From: a virus
Lineage: Duplodnaviria > Caudoviricetes
DNA: 64,000 nucleotides
IMG/VR virus record: IMGVR_UViG_3300036976_000011
Location: 26,408-90,407 of that record
Reading direction: 5' to 3' (one strand)
Below the pieces are notes generated by a model. That model was not told the origin of the DNA. It was given only the letters and a program-made list of their open reading frames with translations, and did no database searches. How positions within the stretch are numbered: position 1 is the first letter of the stretch; each line of letters starts with the position of its first letter. Positions 1 to 7,920 of the stretch are shown one piece after another. The translations under genes were made by a program, and so were the position numbers.

Positions 1-83
1 TTCCAAATACTCAGAACCACAAGGCTAAATAACACTAAAATAGCAACACCATTTTTTATTCTTTCTAACATTTTTCTTATCTC

Positions 84-398
84 TCATATCAACGCCAGTT
101 GCTCCCCCGCTGATGTTTTCTCTGCCCACTCCTCGATTTTCATAGCTCGCATGACGATAGGCGCGGCCTGGTGAATAGGCGATAGGCCATATTCCGCGCC
201 CGCCTTGCATTTCTCGCATGGCTCGTCCGTTTCTGGTTCATCACCGTCTAACTGCGCCTCAAGAATTCGAGCGCAAGGCACACATAGCACCCTGGTTCTG
301 CCATTTGCCACGTAGCGATTGCGGTCAGGCTCGCCGTGGTAGGGCAGGCCGTCGTCAGGTGGTTGCTTGACTACCAGACTGCCACCAATGACATACAT
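84..398 (-). CDS. hypothetical protein with two CxxC motifs
   Basis: ORF in the phage-wide minus-strand gene train; CVPC and CEKC motifs. Confidence 0.5.
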   Translation of the reverse strand: MYVIGGSLVVKQPPDDGLPYHGEPDRNRYVANGRTRVLCVPCARILEAQLDGDEPETDEPCEKCKAGAEYGLSPIHQAAPIVMRAMKIEEWAEKTSAGEQLALI

Positions 399-971
399 CT
401 ATCCCCTCTGCTTCTCCAATCTATCCAGCACCAAGCTCCACAAAAATCCGCCCACCGTCTTTGCCACAAACTGCCCCGCACAGATTCCCCACATCGGCGG
501 CCAGCCAAAGGCAAATACCGGAAACGCTAGACTATCCACTAGCGCACTTGGCAGATTGCTCCCGTTCATGCGCTCAAGGCGCGTCCAGCCCCGCTTGACC
601 AATGCCGCATAAATCGCCGCATCCACACTCATGCTCAACGCAAAAGCGCATGTGCTGGCCACTGCGATGCGCCAGGCCCCCCAGTTCACAGCAACTGTCA
701 ACAGACTGCCCGCGAGCACGAGCAAGCCCACGTTGCGCTTGACGCGCCCGGCCCACAGGTCTTGCAGTGTATCCTTACTACTCAGATCAAAGCCGACGAA
801 AATCAACGCCGTCACGGGCGAAATCCACGGACCCGCCTTATTCACAATCAGATTGGCCGCTACGATTGCCACAAGGTAGAGGCAGACGAGCCTGGTAGAC
901 TCGTTCTTGATAATCCGACCATAGCGCGATAGTGCGTTCAATGCCGATAAACCTTTGCTTTGTACCATCAC
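399..971 (-). CDS. VUT family (YhhQ/QueT-like) membrane protein, putative queuosine-precursor transporter
   Basis: Multi-TM protein with LYLVAIVAANLIV, GFDLSSKDTLQD, RIAVAS..AF..S..VD, SN..SALVDSLAF motifs typical of phage VUT proteins; true start probably downstream of 971. Confidence 0.8.
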   Translation of the reverse strand: MMVQSKGLSALNALSRYGRIIKNESTRLVCLYLVAIVAANLIVNKAGPWISPVTALIFVGFDLSSKDTLQDLWAGRVKRNVGLLVLAGSLLTVAVNWGAWRIAVASTCAFALSMSVDAAIYAALVKRGWTRLERMNGSNLPSALVDSLAFPVFAFGWPPMWGICAGQFVAKTVGGFLWSLVLDRLEKQRG

Positions 972-1497
972 AGGTAAACTCCTCTGAGCCTTTCAGGCTC
1001 CTAAAATGCTCATAGCGCCGCCAGTTATTGACGCGGCCTATGTGAATACGCTTACCTAAAACCTGTGCACGCTTGATGACGGATATACAGGCATCACTTA
1101 TTTTCCACTCTGTACTACCGCCTATGAACAGCGTTTCCCACCGCTGCGACGGAAACGGCAAACTCTCCTGCCCATCCTGCGCCACAAACGCTATGGGCCA
1201 AGCCCGCAGCATAACGGAAAACTCCTCAAGCGCAGCCACGGTTGCCGCCGCATTTCCAACGTGGTCTGGCGCGGCGATAAATAGGCATGTCTCGCTGTAT
1301 GGATTCATAGCCTCAAGCCACAGCAATACAACCTCCCTGTTAAACCGCTTGACAAATTCTGGACCACTCAAACAACCCGGGTCACCGGCCCAATCCATGC
1401 CCTCTTGTATTCCCGCCGGAATGCCCATGTGCTGCGGGCTAGCCAGGATACCAAAACGGTAGTCAACGACGCCGCCCACAGGGAGTAAGAATTTCAT
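838..1497 (-). CDS. TGT/DpdA-like TIM-barrel protein (putative deazaguanine DNA-modification enzyme)
   Basis: Motifs APDHVGNAAAT, FVAQDG, LFIGGSTEWK, IHIGRVN, CDGT match a phage family usually adjacent to VUT genes; TGT-fold assignment is from family knowledge, not alignment. Confidence 0.55.
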   Translation of the reverse strand: MKFLLPVGGVVDYRFGILASPQHMGIPAGIQEGMDWAGDPGCLSGPEFVKRFNREVVLLWLEAMNPYSETCLFIAAPDHVGNAAATVAALEEFSVMLRAWPIAFVAQDGQESLPFPSQRWETLFIGGSTEWKISDACISVIKRAQVLGKRIHIGRVNNWRRYEHFRSLKGSEEFTCDGTKQRFIGIERTIALWSDYQERVYQARLPLPCGNRSGQSDCE

Positions 1498-1766
1498 ATC
1501 CCCAACCTATCCAGCGCCGACGCGGCGCGCTCTGGTTCAGCGGTAGGTGTGTTGCTATTTCCGCCGATGGTGACGCCTTGATCCAATTTCTCTAGGATAG
1601 CGTCTAGCTTGCGCTCCACATTCCCTGGTCCATCTGTACGCAATCCGACCCGGATGGCCTCGCGGATGGCCGCTGACTTGCGCCCCCTTGGTAGAGAGTT
1701 TAGCCAACGAATAATATCAGCGTCGCTCTCTATGTCCAGGGAAAAGGAAAAGGTGATGTTGTTCAT
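1494..1766 (-). CDS. ribbon-helix-helix ParR/StbB-like partition adaptor
   Basis: ITFSFSLD..DADIIRWLNSLPRGRKSAAIREAIR (beta-alpha-alpha pattern), two genes downstream of ParM. Confidence 0.6.
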   Translation of the reverse strand: MNNITFSFSLDIESDADIIRWLNSLPRGRKSAAIREAIRVGLRTDGPGNVERKLDAILEKLDQGVTIGGNSNTPTAEPERAASALDRLGI

Positions 1767-1773
1767 TGGTCAA

Positions 1774-2061
1774 TTATTGACGGCTATTGAACCCATCGAG
1801 GATTTCTTCAATCTCTTCTTGACTAACTGATTTATGCTTTATCAAGCAAAGAAATGGCGTTAATTCACTATTGCTCGTGGTTCGTAACACGCCAGGTTTG
1901 CCCTTGATCCAGTAACGACAAAAGGCACAATTTTCTCGTAGGCTAGTTATAAAGCCAAATTCAACATCTGGGTGCTTTAGATCACCATTGGCGTGTCTTG
2001 GAACATAAGCTATCTGCGTTCCACGCTTCATTTCTGTGTGTCCAAGTTTATCCTGACTCAT
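1774..2061 (-). CDS. hypothetical protein
   Basis: ORF overlapping parM stop, coupled spacing. Confidence 0.55.
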   Translation of the reverse strand: MSQDKLGHTEMKRGTQIAYVPRHANGDLKHPDVEFGFITSLRENCAFCRYWIKGKPGVLRTTSNSELTPFLCLIKHKSVSQEEIEEILDGFNSRQ

Positions 2062-3025
2062 TCTTTGCTATCCTTTGGGCAAAGCGCCAGAACCCCAAGG
2101 CGTTCGCCCATACCGGCTCACTCACGACGCGAGCGTGCCGGAAATGCGCCTTGATCTGGTCGCCCATCAAGAGCGCACCCCCCCCGGTGATAAGCACGGC
2201 GTCAATGCTAGCCGCCCCGTTCCACAACTGCGTTGCTTCAGCTATGACCTGCTCGGCTAGGGGAGCAACGGCCTCATCAACGACAGTCCCTAGGCTTACC
2301 GGTTCACCGTAGTATTTCACCTGGCGCTCCTGAATAACTTTCACGACCTGGTGGTCTCTCAGGTCCAGGTCGGGGCACTCGTCAGTCAAGTGAGCTTTAA
2401 TAGCCCTCGCCACGTCCCAAGCCCCCACGCTGACGGATGAGGTTTCCCGACCGATCTCCTCAAGATTATCCACGCTGAGAATGTTGGTCGTCTTTCCGCC
2501 GATATCAATAACGCCAACGCGACCGGTCGCCAAAGCCGTGTCAACGATGCGTCCTGAATCATTGAGCGCCTGAGACAAAAGTACACCAAACGGCTGCGGA
2601 ATGACGCGCACATCGCCCACATTGAACATCTGCCGATTGCGCCCATCTCGCTGAACACGGTGGCTCCCAATCAGGCGGTCACGCACGGTGTCTTTATCGT
2701 TGTAGAATGCCACAGGCAGACCGGTGACGATAATTGCCCCAACGGACGACGCTGTCAGTTCCGTAAGTGCCGATAGCACCAAGTGATACCACTCCAATCC
2801 AGCGATCCAGTGCCGGTCCTCTCTGCGCTTCAAGTGTCGGCTTTGTCGAATAGCACCATCACCAACCAGTACGTGGTCTGGTTCTCTCAAAATAATGCTC
2901 TCGGCCATTCCATTCACCGAAAAACGCGCCTGGTCCGGCGTCCCCACCACGGACGGGAACGACGTGCGCCGGTCGCCCGCGATGGCTTTCACTGCGCTGT
3001 ATCCTACGTCTAGGCCGATGTTCAT
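2048..3025 (-). CDS. parM: ParM/StbA family actin-like ATPase
   Basis: Phosphate-1 GLDVGYSAVK, FPSVVG, VIPQPFG, phosphate-2 VIDIGGKTTN, adenosine motif LITGGGA. Confidence 0.9.
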   Translation of the reverse strand: MNIGLDVGYSAVKAIAGDRRTSFPSVVGTPDQARFSVNGMAESIILREPDHVLVGDGAIRQSRHLKRREDRHWIAGLEWYHLVLSALTELTASSVGAIIVTGLPVAFYNDKDTVRDRLIGSHRVQRDGRNRQMFNVGDVRVIPQPFGVLLSQALNDSGRIVDTALATGRVGVIDIGGKTTNILSVDNLEEIGRETSSVSVGAWDVARAIKAHLTDECPDLDLRDHQVVKVIQERQVKYYGEPVSLGTVVDEAVAPLAEQVIAEATQLWNGAASIDAVLITGGGALLMGDQIKAHFRHARVVSEPVWANALGFWRFAQRIAKNESG

Positions 3026-3408
3026 GCCGCATACCTCTTGTATAGCTTTTCGGCAAACTCAAAAACTTCCTGTTCTGCGTCCTCGCAGTCGTTGAATAGA
3101 CCGACGATGTGCATTATAGCGTCGAGGTGCTCGTGAGAATAATCCTCATTTACCACGTAGCGATTGAGCCAATCTAGCATCGAGTCACGGGAATCGCCAA
3201 AGCCAAGCGGGCCATCTGAATATGACCATGCCCCAAGCCGCACCTCTAGCCACGCCATGTAGGCCTTGCACTCATCCTCTGTTCCCGTGGATAGGGTAAC
3301 GCCACCCGACACGATAGCCCAGCTCTCTGGCGCGCCAGACTCTTTTCTCATGGCGATTAGCCTGCTGGATACGTCAAGTAGGTTTCCGGCCTTTGTCCTG
3401 ATAAACAT
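3022..3408 (-). CDS. hypothetical protein
   Basis: Likely start MFIRTK at 3408 after GGAGAG RBS; upstream part of track ORF overlaps the SSB-like gene. Confidence 0.55.
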   Translation of the reverse strand: MFIRTKAGNLLDVSSRLIAMRKESGAPESWAIVSGGVTLSTGTEDECKAYMAWLEVRLGAWSYSDGPLGFGDSRDSMLDWLNRYVVNEDYSHEHLDAIMHIVGLFNDCEDAEQEVFEFAEKLYKRYAA

Positions 3409-3463
3409 CTCTCTCCCCTCTGCCCCGCCCAATCCAGCCGGGCGGGGCTTGCGCGTTTTGAGC

Positions 3464-4330
3464 CTAGAACGGAATGTTGCCCTGGTCCTGTGGATTCTCG
3501 CCAGGCGCGCCGCCGTTAAGATCGGCGTTGCCGCCGTTGTCCGGCAGGCCATCGTCAAACTCAACGACCAGGCGGCCCTCTTGGTACATCGTTTCGAACT
3601 CGACCTGAAGGGCGCGGATTTCGACTTGCTCCTTCAAATCCAGAGTGCGCCCACGTGAGCAAGCGTACTCAATCCACTGCCGTGAACCGTTGTCACGCTC
3701 CACCGTGGTCAAGACGATGGACTTGGGGGCCTTGGGGTTCAAGCGCCGCATGTACGTGGTCAGCTTTTGGGATGCTTTCATGCTCGTCCGCTGCATCGTG
3801 AGGATGACGGGTTCGAGAGAGTCGTCCTCAATTACTACCACCAGAAAGTTGCGCTGGCGCGTGCAGCGTGGGGCGTCACGGTCGCCAGTCTGAAGATTTT
3901 CGTTCCACAGTGCAAACGGACACACGTCTTTGTTTCCCTGCGAGCATGGCCCGGCCTGCTGATTGGTCAAGCGGCGCCGGTCACTCTGCGTTGGGGTAAG
4001 CCCATCATCACTGGCGCAAAGTGGTTCGTTGTTGGCGTCGTACTCTTCAGGCCACATGACGCGAGTATTAGGCAATTCGCGCAAGGGGAACATTTCCAGC
4101 CCGCTGGGGTAGACAACGCCCAGCTCAACGTTGACGATAGAGCCAGCATCCGTGGGCGTGCCATCATCTAGCTTGACGGGACGGTTGCGCTGGCTGATCC
4201 GCAAGCGGGGCGGCCTGGCCGTGTCCTCTGGACGTAGGTTATCCTGCCACCCCTGGTCCACGGTAAGCGGCCCCAGGGTCTCAAGCTGCTCCTGAAGAGC
4301 CTTTTGTTCAGTTACGGTCAATTTGTTCAT
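3464..4330 (-). CDS. putative single-stranded DNA-binding/annealing protein
   Basis: Cys cluster (LCASDDG..GPC..CPFALW..PRC), acidic tail ending QDQGNIPF like SSB partner-binding tails; within recombination cluster. Confidence 0.6.
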   Translation of the reverse strand: MNKLTVTEQKALQEQLETLGPLTVDQGWQDNLRPEDTARPPRLRISQRNRPVKLDDGTPTDAGSIVNVELGVVYPSGLEMFPLRELPNTRVMWPEEYDANNEPLCASDDGLTPTQSDRRRLTNQQAGPCSQGNKDVCPFALWNENLQTGDRDAPRCTRQRNFLVVVIEDDSLEPVILTMQRTSMKASQKLTTYMRRLNPKAPKSIVLTTVERDNGSRQWIEYACSRGRTLDLKEQVEIRALQVEFETMYQEGRLVVEFDDGLPDNGGNADLNGGAPGENPQDQGNIPF

Positions 4331-4887
4331 CTTACAGATTCTCCTAGGTATAGATTAGCTTTTGCGGTCAAGGCTTCTAGCCTCGCCCGCAGGTTACGGA
4401 TGTTGTTGTAAATAAGACGCTTTTCTTCTTCAATTTGCGATAGCTCTGCCTCCTTTATGAGCCTAGCCTTTTCGGCCTGGCGCATGTCTAACAGGGTTGC
4501 TTGGTACGCCTCATTTTCAGAAAGGGCGATGGCAACACTGGCCTTGCGCTGCTCTGCGTTCTTACCCTCGCTTTTCATGACGGCCTCAGCCTGGGCAACC
4601 TCTATTACCTCTTTATATCCCAGGACCACATCCTTCAGCCCAATGATTTCGACTTGCAGGGCGTGAATCTTGGCAGGGAAGCCCGCCAGCCGGTTCTGCG
4701 AGTGCATCATGTCAGTTACGATGGCGTCAGCCTCGTCTGTGCTAGGCGCGCCACTCTTTTGCAATTCCACGAGCTTGGCGTCTATCCCCGCTGCCCATTC
4801 CATGTGTTCGCCCCACAGTTGCCCCAGAGCGTCGAGGCGCTGGTGAGGGTTCTTGCCCTGGCCGTTGAGCCATTCTTGTTCATTCAT
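4327..4887 (-). CDS. coiled-coil hypothetical protein
   Basis: Heptad-rich; likely start MNEQEW at 4887. Confidence 0.55.
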   Translation of the reverse strand: MNEQEWLNGQGKNPHQRLDALGQLWGEHMEWAAGIDAKLVELQKSGAPSTDEADAIVTDMMHSQNRLAGFPAKIHALQVEIIGLKDVVLGYKEVIEVAQAEAVMKSEGKNAEQRKASVAIALSENEAYQATLLDMRQAEKARLIKEAELSQIEEEKRLIYNNIRNLRARLEALTAKANLYLGESVR

Positions 4888-5590
4888 CGAGCCACCCCGC
4901 GAATTTTTCCCTAGACCACGGATTGTCCATCCAGGACGTGTCGGGGAGGGGGAGTTGTAGGCACTCACGGACGGTCAAGAGCCGCTCAACCGGCTCCCAG
5001 TTGTCTTTGCCCTTCTTTGAAATCCAACGTATCTGGGACGCGCTTTCGATATTCAGCGCCACGTCTAGCGTCAAGCGAGCGTCCTGCTCGCAGTATGCCA
5101 GGACGCGCTCTTGATCCTCGCGTGTTCCGAGCCAATCCGACGCGGCCTTGCTACCATCCATGCCCTCTGTCTTGCTGCCTAGGCCAAAGCCTTTGGCGAG
5201 GGCGTTCAGGCCAACGGGAAAGCCGCGCTGGCAGAACATTTGGAAGCAAGGGTCATAGTGGTCAAGGGCCAATCCGCGCAGATTTCTATAGATATCTGTG
5301 TCCCTGCACTCCTCAGCCATCACGCGCAGGTCAAAGCCCGCAGAGTTGATACCAACAACTTTAAAACCGGCACAGGCGTAGCTCATCAGGTCAATGGCGA
5401 GGGCGCGCACGTCGCTACCCTCCATGCGTAAAGCGTAACTCCCATTGGGCTGAACTGAGCCACAGTAGTGCCTGGGATCGTTGCCCTCAGCCTGAAAGAC
5501 CGTACAGGTGATTCCGAGGGCATAATTGCCCTCATGCGCACTTGGCGGGGCCTGCGCGGTCTCGATGTCGAAAGCTAGCCATTTACTCAT
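4880..5590 (-). CDS. DEDD 3'-5' exonuclease (RNase H-like, PolB/YprB-type)
   Basis: ExoI AFDIET, ExoII GINSAGFD, ExoIII YCEQD. Confidence 0.85.
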   Translation of the reverse strand: MSKWLAFDIETAQAPPSAHEGNYALGITCTVFQAEGNDPRHYCGSVQPNGSYALRMEGSDVRALAIDLMSYACAGFKVVGINSAGFDLRVMAEECRDTDIYRNLRGLALDHYDPCFQMFCQRGFPVGLNALAKGFGLGSKTEGMDGSKAASDWLGTREDQERVLAYCEQDARLTLDVALNIESASQIRWISKKGKDNWEPVERLLTVRECLQLPLPDTSWMDNPWSREKFAGWLDE

Positions 5591-5855
5591 CTTGCACCAT
5601 CCCTTCCAGCATCCCCAGGGCGGTGATGCGCTCCCTGGCGGCCAGGCGGCTGACCGTGCCGTCGAAGGTCTCCCGACCGTCGCGGAAGTCGGTCAGGATG
5701 GCGGCGATTTCGGCGTTGCCGTTGGTGATGGCGAGGTAGGTTTTGATGGCCTCGCGGATCACGTCGCTTTTGAACGCCCTGCGCTTTGCCGCAACGAGCC
5801 GCAGGGCGTCATCGTCGTCTTGGGTTATTTTACAGGTTACGGTTACTGTGCCCAT
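5583..5855 (-). CDS. CopG-like ribbon-helix-helix DNA-binding protein
   Basis: TVTVTCKIT.DDDDAL..VA...RAFKSDVIREAIKTYL. Confidence 0.7.
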   Translation of the reverse strand: MGTVTVTCKITQDDDDALRLVAAKRRAFKSDVIREAIKTYLAITNGNAEIAAILTDFRDGRETFDGTVSRLAARERITALGMLEGMVQDE

Positions 5856-6013
5856 AGTGCCCCCAGGAAAAGCCCAATCGCTAGCAGCGCCACCCAAATT
5901 GCCAGGTACATCCCGTTTCGTCTTTCATCTCCCTCGCGCCACTGGGCAACAAAGGCTATCAAGCCTGATAGGGCCATCGCTACGCAGGCCGCGACAATAA
6001 AAAAAGTCCCCAT
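5843..6013 (-). CDS. small two-TM membrane protein
   Basis: Start MGTFF at 6013 after AAGGAG RBS and sigma70 promoter; two hydrophobic segments. Confidence 0.6.
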   Translation of the reverse strand: MGTFFIVAACVAMALSGLIAFVAQWREGDERRNGMYLAIWVALLAIGLFLGALWAQ

Positions 6014-6050
6014 AATTTCTCCTTTCTTGATAGTGTAATAAGGCAATAGA

Positions 6051-6079
6051 ATAATACCACAATACCAGGTTCCTGTCAA
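6051..6079 (-). promoter_or_regulatory. sigma70-type promoter
   Basis: TTGACA-17 nt-TATTAT with TG extended -10. Confidence 0.7.
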
Positions 6080-6095
6080 TACTCCCCAGGAATTT

Positions 6096-6575
6096 CTAAC
6101 CAATTTCAGGTATTTCGTTTATCGCCCACTCCCAAGCCTGAGCAACCTTCCTCAATTCGTCACAGGTCTCGAAAAGGGCGATGGGCCAAGACTTTCTCTC
6201 CGTTTGCGCCCTAAATTCTGCCAGGAGTGAGAATGGTATAGCCCAGACCCGCCCTCTTTGCCCTTCCCGGCCAGCAAAGCCGTAATAGTTCACCAGGACG
6301 TAGGTCAGGACGCCGCCCTGGGAACACTTTTCCAGGGCGGTCCATTGGTGGTCGGGGAAGCGAGAGAAGGGTAAAGATTTGCCCTTGAGAGACTTGCACT
6401 CGACGACGAGACCGCGACCGCCTTGCATGTAGCAATAGAAATCTATCGGTGATTGGTTCGTGAATCGGTCGCGTTGTGCGGGGGGCACGTCGTAGGGGCG
6501 ATAGAAGAAGGCTATCTCCGGGTGGGTGGATAGCATCTTGGATATTTCGGATTCGAGGCGTTTGGAGCGTTTCAT
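6096..6575 (-). CDS. recU: RecU-like Holliday junction resolvase
   Basis: SPIDFYC, VVECKS, LPFSRFPDHQWTALE motifs of the RecU PD-(D/E)xK family. Confidence 0.8.
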   Translation of the reverse strand: MKRSKRLESEISKMLSTHPEIAFFYRPYDVPPAQRDRFTNQSPIDFYCYMQGGRGLVVECKSLKGKSLPFSRFPDHQWTALEKCSQGGVLTYVLVNYYGFAGREGQRGRVWAIPFSLLAEFRAQTERKSWPIALFETCDELRKVAQAWEWAINEIPEIG

Positions 6576-6850
6576 TAGCCCTCGCGCGCCTCTTGACTTG
6601 GTAGCGTGCTCCTGAATGCGTCAATGTCACATCTGTGCATGGGCGGCTCCACCCCGGCCCAGTGAGTAGCCCCGTTAACGAATTTGCTGCCACAGATTTC
6701 TTTGTGAATCCAGTAGAAATTATAGCCGTCATAGGTCGCCAGGCCCATACCATCACTTGGAGAATAAATCAGAACCGTTTGCTTCTCATGAGGCACATCC
6801 TCGCTTGCGTCTATCCACTTAATCATTAAACTCCTCCATAAACTCATCAA
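6575..6850 (-). CDS. DUF551-like phage protein
   Basis: WI.ASEDVP...VLIY...ATHW pattern. Confidence 0.6.
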   Translation of the reverse strand: MMSLWRSLMIKWIDASEDVPHEKQTVLIYSPSDGMGLATYDGYNFYWIHKEICGSKFVNGATHWAGVEPPMHRCDIDAFRSTLPSQEAREG

Positions 6851-7097
6851 GCGGTATCATTTCCGTCGCGGTCTCGTGGGCTTGGGCGAGGATGCGAGCG
6901 TCCCCACATAGCTCGCAAAAGAATTGACCGCGAGGGCCGTAATCCCATTCAGTTTTTCCGCAGTCGGCGCACTGAGCACGGCGGGGTAGGCCGTGGGCGC
7001 ACCAGGAGAGGTAGCCGAGGATGGTGGTTAGAAATTGCTTCATGGGTGTTATCCTGACTCGCCGTGCTCGAAGCGGGCAGAGCGGGCGGCGCGACAC
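6819..7097 (-). CDS. small zinc-finger protein
   Basis: CADC..FFCELC. Confidence 0.45.
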   Translation of the reverse strand: MSRRPLCPLRARRVRITPMKQFLTTILGYLSWCAHGLPRRAQCADCGKTEWDYGPRGQFFCELCGDARILAQAHETATEMIPLDEFMEEFND

Positions 7098-7768
7098 GCC
7101 TCATCTCTTTTTTCCCAATCAAACCCCGCTAGCATAAAGGGAAAATCATATTCAACATCAAACACTTTCTCAATGTCAATGAATGTGTTACCTTTGTGGA
7201 ATCCCAATCTAACTGTCCAATAGTGCATATTTTCGCACCACAAATTTATCCTCACTGCCCCACCACGACCCGCCCATGCGGAATAGTCATCACAATCAAT
7301 CTTTACAACGTTGCCGATATGCACATATCCAAAAAGGCATACTGGGCAATGCAACATTCTTCCCCAATCGCCATAGGAATAGTTATCGGGGTCATTTTTT
7401 TGCCCAATCATGCGCTCGGGCCAATTCTCATCTATTTGAATCTCTCGCTGCGCTCCGCCCCAATCAAAGTTAGATTCCTGGCCTGGAGCCGGTATATCTC
7501 CTACAAGAACAACGTCTTTCCCTGAAGCATTGCGCAATGCGACGATTTTTTTGTAATCCTCATGATTGCATTTACCGCCCTTTACTTCTACCCACATATC
7601 TCGATTTGGCAACCAAAAATCCGGCAAGTACCATACACCATCTAAATCAAAGCCCTCTGATTCATACTGATATTCTACTGCCAATGCGTCGAATAGGTAA
7701 GCCCATCGCGCTTCAAGACGTGAGCGGAAGCGATAGCCGTTGTATTTTGTTTCAATTGCCTTAATCAT
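7049..7768 (-). CDS. PD-(D/E)xK nuclease-family phage protein
   Basis: AIETKYNGYRFRSRLEARWA..YLPDFWLP..WVEVKG. Confidence 0.75.
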   Translation of the reverse strand: MIKAIETKYNGYRFRSRLEARWAYLFDALAVEYQYESEGFDLDGVWYLPDFWLPNRDMWVEVKGGKCNHEDYKKIVALRNASGKDVVLVGDIPAPGQESNFDWGGAQREIQIDENWPERMIGQKNDPDNYSYGDWGRMLHCPVCLFGYVHIGNVVKIDCDDYSAWAGRGGAVRINLWCENMHYWTVRLGFHKGNTFIDIEKVFDVEYDFPFMLAGFDWEKRDEACRAARSARFEHGESG

Positions 7769-7788
7769 TTTGCATTTTCTCCTTTTTT

Positions 7789-7920
7789 GTGTAGGGTTGT
7801 GTAGGGTTAACCCCCCTTATAACTTTTGACAAAAACTAAAAAAAAATTAAGATTTTTTCTAACGCTTATAAAAGTTCTGGAAAACCCTGCATACACTACA
7901 CAACCCTACACACCCTACAC
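7789..7920. repeat. inverted iteron-like repeats around an AT-rich core; candidate replication origin
   Basis: gtgtagggttgtgtagggtt (7789-7808) faces multiple aaccctacac-like copies (7882-7920) across A/T runs, immediately downstream of helicase. Confidence 0.5.
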
